A stretch of DNA of 30,677 bases. Origin: Acidobacteriota bacterium. GTDB taxonomy: Bacteria; Acidobacteriota; Terriglobia; Bryobacterales; Bryobacteraceae. The translations under genes and the position numbers were made by a program. A model generated the notes under the pieces. The model was not told where the DNA came from and searched no databases. It saw nothing but the letters and a program-made list of their open reading frames with translations. Of the stretch, positions 9,067-17,054 are shown one piece after another; the first letter of the stretch is position 1; the number at the start of each line of letters is the position of its first letter. The stretch spans positions 1-30,677 of the forward strand of contig CANIFK010000001.1 of NCBI GenBank assembly GCA_947466555.1. Reading direction: 5' to 3'.

Positions 9067-10449
9067 ATGTCGATATCACGGAGAGAGTTCACCAGATTGT
9101 TGGGGGCTGGCGCGATGGCGCCAGCCGCGGGCCGGCGGCCGAACATCATTTTCATCCTGGCCGATGACCTGCGCTTTGACGATTTGAGCGCCGTGGGCAA
9201 CACGGTTCTTCGGACGCCGAACCTGGATGCCCTGGCGAAGAACGGAATCCGGTTCGAGAACGCGTTTGTGACGACGGCGATTTGCTGTTGCAGCCGGGCC
9301 AGCGTGCTGACCGGGCAGCATATGCGGCGCCATGGGGTCGAGGATTTCAAACGCCCCTTAACCGCCGCGCAGATGGAGAAGACCTATCCGGTGCTGCTGC
9401 GGAAGGCTGGTTATCGAACCGCCTTCCTGGGAAAGTTTGCCGTCGGGCAGCCCACGCCGGGAAACCGTGAGTTGGCATTGCCGAAGCACCAGTTCGATTT
9501 CTGGTACGGCTTTCCGCAGAGTATCGATTTCCGGCAGGAGATTGACGGAACTGTCCGGCATCTGACGCCGGTGATGACGGAGAAGGCGATCTCATTCTTG
9601 CGCTCGACGCCGGCGGAACAGCCGTTCCTGTTGTCGCTGAATTTCAAGGAACCGCACGGCCCGTTCAACTACTTTGATCCGGACCGGCCGAGTCAGTACA
9701 AGGACGCCCCGATTCCGGCGCCGGCGACGCATACCCGCGCGGATTTTGAAGCCGAGCCGGAGTTTCTGCGGCGTTCCTTGAACGGGAATAAAGACGGCCA
9801 GTGGCCGGCCGATGCCGAGGCGCAGCGGTTGGAGGAGGCGCGTATCTCCTACCACCTGGTGGCGGGGATTGATGACGCCGTGGGGAAGGTGATGGCGGCG
9901 TTGCGGGAGTTGAATCGGGACGGCGAGACGATCGTGATTTTCACGTCCGACAACGGGTCTTTCCGCGGGGCGCACGGGTTTACGGGCAAGTGGATCATGT
10001 ATGAAGAGTCGATCCGGGTGCCGCTGATTATTCGCGATCCGCGTATGCCGGAGAAGGTCCGGGGGACGTTGTGCAAGGAGATGGCGCTGAACATCGACAT
10101 GGCGCCGACGATGCTCTCCATGGCGGGCGTGGCGGTGGATTCGGGGATGCAGGGACTGGACCTGTCGCCGATTGTGGCAGGGCGGAAGATGTCGACGCGC
10201 ACCGAGTGGTTCTACGAACACACCTACAACACGGATGCGCCGCGGCTTCCGATTGTGCGGAGCGAAGGGGTGCGCGGGACGCGGTGGAAGTATATCCGCT
10301 ATCCGGACACCAAGCCGATGTTTGAGCAGCTATTCGATTTGGGCTCCGATCCGGTGGAGCGGCATAACCTGGCCGGGAAGGCGGAGCACAAGGCCGTGCT
10401 GGCGCGGTTACGGCGGCGGTGTGATGCGTTGAAGAGCGCGGCGGCGTGA
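9067..10449 (+). CDS. Formylglycine-dependent sulfatase (S1 family), Tat-exported
   Basis: Tat SRREF, PNIIFILADD, active-site AICCCSRASVLTG, GYRTAFLGKF, FTSDNG, YEESIRVPLIIRDP. SD GAGGAGG. Confidence 0.93.
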   Translation: MSISRREFTRLLGAGAMAPAAGRRPNIIFILADDLRFDDLSAVGNTVLRTPNLDALAKNGIRFENAFVTTAICCCSRASVLTGQHMRRHGVEDFKRPLTAAQMEKTYPVLLRKAGYRTAFLGKFAVGQPTPGNRELALPKHQFDFWYGFPQSIDFRQEIDGTVRHLTPVMTEKAISFLRSTPAEQPFLLSLNFKEPHGPFNYFDPDRPSQYKDAPIPAPATHTRADFEAEPEFLRRSLNGNKDGQWPADAEAQRLEEARISYHLVAGIDDAVGKVMAALRELNRDGETIVIFTSDNGSFRGAHGFTGKWIMYEESIRVPLIIRDPRMPEKVRGTLCKEMALNIDMAPTMLSMAGVAVDSGMQGLDLSPIVAGRKMSTRTEWFYEHTYNTDAPRLPIVRSEGVRGTRWKYIRYPDTKPMFEQLFDLGSDPVERHNLAGKAEHKAVLARLRRRCDALKSAAA

Positions 10450-10453
10450 GCGG

Positions 10454-13213
10454 TTACTGGAGGTAGAGGAACTCTTTGGAGTTGAAGATGGTGTGCGCGA
10501 GAGTGGGCCAGGGGTTCTGGCCCAAGGACTCGGCGAGCTGTTTGTAAGCTTTGACTTCTTCGGCCGAGGGAGGGCGGAGGAGGGCGGTTTCGAACATCTT
10601 CGTCAGGCGCTGTTCAAACGTTCCTTGAGGCAAGCGGTCGGCCCAGCCCTGGGCTTGCTGGAGGACGAAGGGATCGTTTAGCATTGCCAGGGACTGCGTG
10701 GGGACGTTGGTGACGTCTCGGTTGCCGCGGGTTTGGAGCGGGGCGGGGAAGTCGAAAATCTCCAGGAATTTGGGGCCTTGCATGCGGGTCACCTTGACGT
10801 AAATGCTGCGGCGGCCGTTGCCGTCGAGCGGACCCTGGAAGAGGCGGCGGTAGTCCGTGGGTTCCTTGCGGTGCGGCTGGACGCTGGGGCCGTACATGGT
10901 TTCGTCGAGGCGGCCGGAGACGGCGAGCAGCGTATCGCGGATGGACTCTGCGTCCAGACGGCGGATCTGATTTTCGGCCTGGAAGGCGTTGGTCAAAAGC
11001 AGTTGTTTGATGAGCGCCTTTGTGGACCAGCCGTTGCGCATGAAATCGGCGGCTAGGTGGTCGAGGAGATCGGGGTTCGAGGGCGGGTCACTCAGACGGC
11101 CGAAATTATCGGTGGAGGTGACGAGTCCTTTGCCGAAGATGTGATGCCAGACGCGGTTGACGAACACGCGCGCGGTGAGCGGGTTTTCCGGGCTGGCCAT
11201 GGCTTCTGCGACTTCCAGACGGCCGGAACCGTTCTTATCCACTTGGCGAAGCTTTTCGGGCATGAGGCTCAGGAAGTGCCGGGGCGCGGGACGGCCGGGG
11301 TTAAGCGCCTGGCCGCTTAGGAAGATGGGATGGTCGGCGCCGGGATCCATGTCGGCCATAGCGTTGACGACCGCGGGCGATTCCAGTTTGGCCTCGAAAG
11401 CGCGGTATTCGGCGGTCAATGTTTCCAGGGCGGGAATGGCGTCCCGACGGTTATTGAGGAGCCCGATCTCGATGGCGCGGTTGAGCGCGAGGACATCGGC
11501 ATCGGTAGCCTGCTGGGCGGCCCAGCGGCGGATGGCATCGGCGAGGGGGACCGTGTTCTTGATGGGTTTGGGTGCGTCGCTCTCGTTGTGATACCAGGCC
11601 TGGGAGACGACGAACCAGGAGCGGGTGATGGTTTCCGCCGGGTTGGTTTTGAATCTGCCGGGGCGCTCGGGCAGGCGGGGGTTGTCGGTGATGGTGTCGA
11701 CTTCCAAATAGGTACGGAGCGGTTGGTCGTTGCGGGTGGGGACCTTTTCGAGGTGGAGCGCGGGGCCTTCGATCAACTTGTGGTCTTCGCCGATGACGCA
11801 GTGGTCCATGACGGTGCGGTGGGCGGCGGCGTTAGCGCCGGACATCTGGAAGGTCAGGAACTTCTTGTCGCGCGGGAGGATGGGGGAGCGGAGGGAGCCG
11901 TTCCATCTGTCGGTCGTGGCGTTGGTGGCGAGGCCGTTGGGAAAGATGGTTTCTATGGCCGCGTCGCCGGTGGTGGCGATGGCGAAGTCGCCCGCTTTCA
12001 CTGGTTCCAGTCCAATGCCGGAGGCGGACCAACCGGGGGGGAGGCCATTGGCGAAATTGACTGACGGGGCGGGGAGTTGTTGGATCTCGATGGCCGATTG
12101 GCCGGCTTGCTGAAGCCAGAGCTTGGCGAGTTCGCTGCGGATGGACTGCTTGAGGTTGGCCAGGTTCGGTTTAGTTGGTTTGTTGAGCGTTTGAACGACG
12201 GGGCGGGAGCTATTGATGATGCCGTAGAGGGCGTAGTAGTCCTCGGTGGGAATTGGGTCGAACTTGTGGTCGTGGCAGCGGGCGCAACTGACGGTGACGC
12301 CCTGGAAGGCCTTTGTGAGGGTGTCGATCTGGTTGTCAACGACGTCGGTGCGGAGTTCGGGGAACTGGTTGCAGTTGTCGTGACCCATTTCGCCGAAGCG
12401 CCAGAAGGCGGTGGCGAGGGTGGATTCGTTTTGGCCGTTGGCGAGGCGCGGGGTTTTAAGCAGGTCGCCGGCGACGTGTTCCTTCACGAACTGATCGTAG
12501 GGGAGGTCCTGGTTAAAGGCGCGGATGAGGTAGTCCCGATAGCGCCAGGCGCCGTGGATTTCGTAGTTCCACTCGTAGCCGTAAGTCTCCCCGAAGCGCA
12601 TCAGATCGAGCCAGTGGCGGGCCCAGCGTTCGCCGTAGCGGGGGCTGCTTAGGAGCCCGTCGATGTAGTTGGCGTACGCGCTGGGTGAGGAGTCGTTGAG
12701 GAATTGCGCGAGGAGTTCGGGCTTGGGAGGGAGGCCGGTGGCTGCGTAGGCGGCGCGGCGGGCGAGGGTGCGTTTGTCGGATGATTTCGCGGCCGTTTTG
12801 AGGAAGGCGTCGATGGGTTGGGGCGGGACCTTACGGAGGGGCTGGAAGGCCCAGTGGGGGGCCTTGGCTTCTTTGGCTGGTTGCGCGTTGGGCCACGGGG
12901 CGCCTTGGTCGAGCCATCGTTCGATGGCGTTGATCTCGTCGTTGGTGAGTCTTCCGCCGGGTGGCATTTTGAGGGCGCCCTGTTGGCGGATGGCGGCTTT
13001 GATTTGCTCGGCGCCGGGGCCACGGTGGCCACCTTTGAGGATGGCGTCGCGCGAATCGAGGCGGATGCCGGAGAGCTGTTGGGCGGGGCCATGGCAGCCC
13101 TGGCATTTGGTGGCTAAAACGGGACGGACCCGGCTTTCAAAGAAAGCCGGGTCCGTGGTTGCCTCCTGCGCGTTCGCGAGTAAGGCGATGGCGGGCAGAA
13201 GTAGGAAGCGCAT
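10454..13213 (-). CDS. Planctomycete-type cytochrome c / PSCyt2 (DUF1549) / PSD1 (DUF1553) protein
   Basis: Sec signal, CQGCH (13091-13105), YGERWARHWLDLMRF, CARCHDHKFDPI (CxxCH at 12272-12286), NPLTARVFVNRVWHHIFGKGLV, RRLDAESIRD, NVPTQSLAMLN. Confidence 0.92.
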   Translation of the reverse strand: MRFLLLPAIALLANAQEATTDPAFFESRVRPVLATKCQGCHGPAQQLSGIRLDSRDAILKGGHRGPGAEQIKAAIRQQGALKMPPGGRLTNDEINAIERWLDQGAPWPNAQPAKEAKAPHWAFQPLRKVPPQPIDAFLKTAAKSSDKRTLARRAAYAATGLPPKPELLAQFLNDSSPSAYANYIDGLLSSPRYGERWARHWLDLMRFGETYGYEWNYEIHGAWRYRDYLIRAFNQDLPYDQFVKEHVAGDLLKTPRLANGQNESTLATAFWRFGEMGHDNCNQFPELRTDVVDNQIDTLTKAFQGVTVSCARCHDHKFDPIPTEDYYALYGIINSSRPVVQTLNKPTKPNLANLKQSIRSELAKLWLQQAGQSAIEIQQLPAPSVNFANGLPPGWSASGIGLEPVKAGDFAIATTGDAAIETIFPNGLATNATTDRWNGSLRSPILPRDKKFLTFQMSGANAAAHRTVMDHCVIGEDHKLIEGPALHLEKVPTRNDQPLRTYLEVDTITDNPRLPERPGRFKTNPAETITRSWFVVSQAWYHNESDAPKPIKNTVPLADAIRRWAAQQATDADVLALNRAIEIGLLNNRRDAIPALETLTAEYRAFEAKLESPAVVNAMADMDPGADHPIFLSGQALNPGRPAPRHFLSLMPEKLRQVDKNGSGRLEVAEAMASPENPLTARVFVNRVWHHIFGKGLVTSTDNFGRLSDPPSNPDLLDHLAADFMRNGWSTKALIKQLLLTNAFQAENQIRRLDAESIRDTLLAVSGRLDETMYGPSVQPHRKEPTDYRRLFQGPLDGNGRRSIYVKVTRMQGPKFLEIFDFPAPLQTRGNRDVTNVPTQSLAMLNDPFVLQQAQGWADRLPQGTFEQRLTKMFETALLRPPSAEEVKAYKQLAESLGQNPWPTLAHTIFNSKEFLYLQ

Positions 13214-13215
13214 AG

Positions 13216-16200
13216 TTAGAACTGGAGGTTCAGACCGAGCTTCAGGAAGCGGGGCAAGTTACCCTGCACCGGGTTGAGGCGGCCGAAGGCGCCGTTGGTG
13301 ACGTCGGTGGACTGAATGCCGGTGAACCAGGGGTGGTTCATGGCGTTCACCATTTCGAAGCGGAACTGCATCTTCACGCGCTCGTGGATCGGGAAGATCT
13401 TCGAGATCGAAGCGTCCCAGTTCTCGTAGCCAGGCGTGCGGACGTCGGAGAAGCGCAGGGGGAAGTTCCGGAGAGTGAACGGTTCCTGTGCGCCGACGAA
13501 ACGGTTGGTGGTGGGGCTGACCCAGAGGTCGGTGTTGAAGTACTTACCGAGCGTGGGGTTGTCGAGTTTGGCCGAACCGTTGGTGACCTGACCGGCGTTG
13601 GGGTAGTTGATCGTCGCACCAGCCATGTAGGTGATGTTGGCGTTCATTTCCCAGCCGCCGGCGATGAAGTCGGCAACTTTATTGAAGTTAGACCCGAACT
13701 TCTTACCCCGGCCGACGGGCAGCTGCCAGACGGTGGCGAGGTTGAACTTGCGCGGGATGTCGATATCGGGAGCCGACTGCTTGACGAGGTTCGAGGAGGC
13801 CGGGTCGGAGAGGTTGAAATCCTGCACGTTGAGGAAGGCAACCCGTTCGAGGGTCTTCGAGCCGGTGAAGCTGGCGAGGAAGGTCAGGCCCTGGGAGAAG
13901 CGCTTGGACGCCTTGATTTGGAAGGAGTCATAGCGCTGACGGCCGATGGGCAAGTTGTTGATGCTGAGCGGCGTGTACTGCGGGAAGGTGAACAGGAGGG
14001 TCTGGCGGGTGATGGTGGCACCGTTCAGAGCCGCGTTGTTCGGGATCAAGCCGCGCATCGGGTTGGAAACCTGCGCATTGTAGTAGGCGTTGTCGATCAC
14101 GCCCGCCGAGGTGCGGCGGCCGAGTTCGGCGGTCGGAATGAAGTTCGCCGTGGTGCCGATCGGCAGCTTGTTGATGAGGTTGCCAACGAAGGCCGCTTCG
14201 ACCAGGACGCCGCCGGCCAGCTCGCGCTGGATGTCGATGGAGTACTGATGCGAATAGGGCAGCGGGCGATCCTGCCAGTTGACGCCGAGGCCCTGGCCGA
14301 GGAAGCTGGCGGCGCCTTCGGCGTTGCCGACGGCGGAGAGCAAGCGACCGCCGACCTGGTTGGTGAAGGCGTTGGCGAGGGAGACCGCGGGACGGAGGTT
14401 ATCCACCGTGGTGGTCACGTTCGTGCGCTGCGAGTAGCCCTGGTTGGAACCGGTGGCCGACTGGCCCATGTAGAACAGACCATAGCCGCCGCGGACAACC
14501 CACTTCTCGCCGAGGCGATAGGCGAAGCCGACGCGGGGGGCGAAGTTGTTCTTGTCCGGGTTGAATGAGCCGCGAGGCGTGCCGCCCTGGCCGGCAAATT
14601 TCACGGCGCCCTTGAGGTTCAGACCGGTGGCCTGGGCCGCGATGGGGCTGGCGGCGTTGAAGTCGAGCGCCTGCACCATGCGGTCATAGCGTTCGTAGGC
14701 GGGCGACTCGTAATCCCAGCGCAAGCCCATGTTGATGGTCAGGCGGTTGGTGACTTTGAAGTCGTCCTGGAAGAAGCCGGCGTAGAAGTAGTTGACGAAA
14801 GCCGGGTCGATGTTGCGGTCGGCGAAGCCGGACGAGGGATAGCCGAGCAGGAACGTGGCGAGTTCGTTTCCGGCCGTGGCTTCCGCCTGGTTGGAAACAC
14901 GCTGAGTCCAGTTCTTGGTGAAGGTGTAGTTACCCGAAGCAAAGCCGGGGTTGGCAGTGTTGACGTTGTACTTGCGGGCTTCGACGCCAAACTTCATGAA
15001 GTGGCGGCCGATGACCTTATTGATGTTCGGCTGAATGGTGTAGGTGTCGAACGCGCCGGTGTTCTGGAGCGTGCCGGTTCCCATGGCCTGGTAGGCGCCG
15101 TTGAATTCAAAGCGCGGGAAGGCGAGCTTGGTGAACTGGTTGACGAGAGCCGAATCGAACCCGAGCTGCTTGGGGTCGAAGCCGGTGCCGTAGGAGCTAC
15201 CAGAGGACTCTTCCCAGCGGTTCAGGCCGAGACGCAAGTCGAAGGTGGTGGTGGGGTTCAACGTGGAAGTCCAGTTGAATCCGAAGGTGCGGCCGTTGCG
15301 GATCAGCGGCGCGTTACCGGTGGGTTCGGCGGGGTTGGCGTCGTTCACGTTCTTGACGAACACGAGACCGCGGTACTCGCTGAACGGATTCTGACCGTAA
15401 CGGAAGTTGGTGTTGTTCTTGGCGTTGACCTGATAGTCCATACGGCCGCCCCACTGGAACATGTCCGCAACCCAGCGCGAGGGGTAGGGGTAGTTGAGGA
15501 CTTGGGCCGGGCCGTTGCCGGCGGAGGTGGGGGCCGGGTAGTACTTGAGGGCCGCGGTGGCGATGGGGCTGATGCGCGAAGCCGGGATGATGTTGCCGGG
15601 GAACGCGGTACGGGTGCCATCGGCCTGCGTCGTCAACGGATCGTAGATGCCGACGAGCGCGTTCTGGGCGTTGCGCAGCGTGGAGAAGTTGCCACCGCGC
15701 CAATCCATGGCGGGCACGGTCTGCACACCGGGGTCGGCCGAGCGCTGGCGCATTTCTTCGTGCGAAATGGTCCAGAAGAGCTTGTTGCGGCCGTCGAGCA
15801 GTTTCGGAATCAGGACCGGGCCGGAGAGGAAGAAGCCGTAGGAGTTGATGTTGTTCGGAGACTTCTTGATGCCGCCGGCGTTCAATTCCCACTGATTGGC
15901 GTTCAACTTGTCGTTCTGGAAGTATTCAAAAAGATTGCCGTGGAGCTGGTTGGTACCGGACTTGGTCACCATGGTGACGATGCCACCACCGGTGCGGCCG
16001 TACTGCGCGTCGTAGGTATTGGTCAGCACCTTGAACTCCTGAACGGATTCCATGGTGGGGACGTGGATAACGGTACGGGAGGAGCGCACGTTGGACATAC
16101 CGTCCAGCAGCACTTCGTTTTCACCGGAGCGGCCGCCGTTGACGGAGAACCCGGTGGTGCCGCCGATGTCGAAGGAGCGCAGATAGCGCCAGCCGCCGGC

Positions 16201-16692
16201 CTTGAACACGCCGGGCGCGGCCCAGGCGATCTGGAAGGGGTTGCGGCCCTGCGTGGGCAGGTTGGCGATCAGCTGATTGTTGAGCGCCGTATCGCGGTTG
16301 GCGGTTTCGGTCTGCAGTTGGCTAACGGCGGCGTTCACCGTGATGGAGTCGGCAACAGCGCCGACCTGGAGCTGGACGTCGAGACGGGCCTTGTCGAGTG
16401 ATTGGAGAATCACGTTGTCCCGAACGACACGGCGGAAGCCGTCTTTTTCGAAGGTGACGTTGTAGGCTGCCGGTTCGAGGAGCGGGGTGCTGTACAGTCC
16501 GCCATCATTGGTGGACGTGGCGATTTTGGTGTTCTTGGCGAGGTTGGTAACGGTGACCTGGGCTCCCGGAATTGGGGCGCCGGAGGGGTCGGTAACGATG
16601 CCGGAGAGGCTGGCGCGGACTTCTTGCGCAGACACGGCGGCACCGGCTAGTACGCATGCTAACAAAGCACGCTGCAAGACGAGGCGATTCAT
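13216..16692 (-). CDS. TonB-dependent receptor 2 (carboxypeptidase-regulatory-like N-domain + plug + Oar-like barrel)
   Basis: Start re-assigned to 16692 (SD GGAG, MNRLVLQRALLACVLAGAAVSAQ signal peptide). Motifs LSGIVTDPSGAPIPGA and QEFKVLTNTYDAQYGRTGGG, C-terminal RFLKLGLNLQF. Only 2 nt separate it from the PSD1 gene. Confidence 0.92.
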   Translation of the reverse strand: MNRLVLQRALLACVLAGAAVSAQEVRASLSGIVTDPSGAPIPGAQVTVTNLAKNTKIATSTNDGGLYSTPLLEPAAYNVTFEKDGFRRVVRDNVILQSLDKARLDVQLQVGAVADSITVNAAVSQLQTETANRDTALNNQLIANLPTQGRNPFQIAWAAPGVFKAGGWRYLRSFDIGGTTGFSVNGGRSGENEVLLDGMSNVRSSRTVIHVPTMESVQEFKVLTNTYDAQYGRTGGGIVTMVTKSGTNQLHGNLFEYFQNDKLNANQWELNAGGIKKSPNNINSYGFFLSGPVLIPKLLDGRNKLFWTISHEEMRQRSADPGVQTVPAMDWRGGNFSTLRNAQNALVGIYDPLTTQADGTRTAFPGNIIPASRISPIATAALKYYPAPTSAGNGPAQVLNYPYPSRWVADMFQWGGRMDYQVNAKNNTNFRYGQNPFSEYRGLVFVKNVNDANPAEPTGNAPLIRNGRTFGFNWTSTLNPTTTFDLRLGLNRWEESSGSSYGTGFDPKQLGFDSALVNQFTKLAFPRFEFNGAYQAMGTGTLQNTGAFDTYTIQPNINKVIGRHFMKFGVEARKYNVNTANPGFASGNYTFTKNWTQRVSNQAEATAGNELATFLLGYPSSGFADRNIDPAFVNYFYAGFFQDDFKVTNRLTINMGLRWDYESPAYERYDRMVQALDFNAASPIAAQATGLNLKGAVKFAGQGGTPRGSFNPDKNNFAPRVGFAYRLGEKWVVRGGYGLFYMGQSATGSNQGYSQRTNVTTTVDNLRPAVSLANAFTNQVGGRLLSAVGNAEGAASFLGQGLGVNWQDRPLPYSHQYSIDIQRELAGGVLVEAAFVGNLINKLPIGTTANFIPTAELGRRTSAGVIDNAYYNAQVSNPMRGLIPNNAALNGATITRQTLLFTFPQYTPLSINNLPIGRQRYDSFQIKASKRFSQGLTFLASFTGSKTLERVAFLNVQDFNLSDPASSNLVKQSAPDIDIPRKFNLATVWQLPVGRGKKFGSNFNKVADFIAGGWEMNANITYMAGATINYPNAGQVTNGSAKLDNPTLGKYFNTDLWVSPTTNRFVGAQEPFTLRNFPLRFSDVRTPGYENWDASISKIFPIHERVKMQFRFEMVNAMNHPWFTGIQSTDVTNGAFGRLNPVQGNLPRFLKLGLNLQF

Positions 16693-16741
16693 TTGGACTC
16701 CAAAGCGAATGAGGTTCCCTGACATCGGGAAGACTTGCCAA

Positions 16742-16769
16742 ATTATATCGCAGTTCCTTAATGTATCCA
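16742..16769 (-). promoter_or_regulatory. Candidate sigma70 promoter for the receptor 2 - PSD1 operon
   Basis: Perfect TATAAT (16747-16742) with TGGATA 16 bp upstream, in an AT-richer intergenic region. Confidence 0.5.
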
Positions 16770-16902
16770 GGCCCTTAGTACTTTGGTTGGAGTATCGAAC
16801 CGGTCCGGGACTGGGCATGGTTTGGGTACTGAGTTGCCATGGCGCGGCCTCGGTTTTTCTCCTAATTTTAGGTATGGAAAAGAACAGCGAGGGCAGAACC
16901 GC

Positions 16903-17049
16903 ATGGGTCATTCTTTGGCTTTAATGTTCGAGACTGTCGCACAGGTCCTTCACCAATCGATCGATCCGGTGCCGGAACGCTTCTTTCATCTGATGTCCGG
17001 ACTGGTGTTGATCGCCGTGGGATTCCGGATGCGGAAGAGTTTCGAGTAG
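16903..17049 (+). CDS. Putative 48-aa (or 41-aa from 16924) membrane micro-protein with a PEP-CTERM-like C-terminus
   Basis: MGHSLALMFETVAQVLHQSIDPVPERFFHLMSGLVLIAVGFRMRKSFE*: VPE motif, hydrophobic helix and basic tail. GAGGG lies upstream. The stop is 5 nt from the convergent asparaginase stop. Confidence 0.5.
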   Translation: MGHSLALMFETVAQVLHQSIDPVPERFFHLMSGLVLIAVGFRMRKSFE

Positions 17050-17054
17050 CGAAT

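Noticed and set aside
4317-10453. The interrupting cassette as a transposon or integrative element
   Set aside because: No transposase or integrase, terminal inverted repeats or target-site duplication seen, and its composition matches the flanks.
16853-16885. Palindrome CCTAA-TT-TTAGG with imperfect outer arms upstream of the micro-ORF
   Set aside because: Only 5 perfect base pairs, a single occurrence and no match to a motif I know. No sigma54 -24/-12 (TGGCAC-N5-TTGC) could be found nearby on either strand.
16693-16911. 73-codon N-terminal extension of receptor 2 in the ORF track
   Set aside because: It would bury the signal peptide and overlap the TATAAT promoter. ATG 16692 has a GGAG SD and a proper signal peptide.
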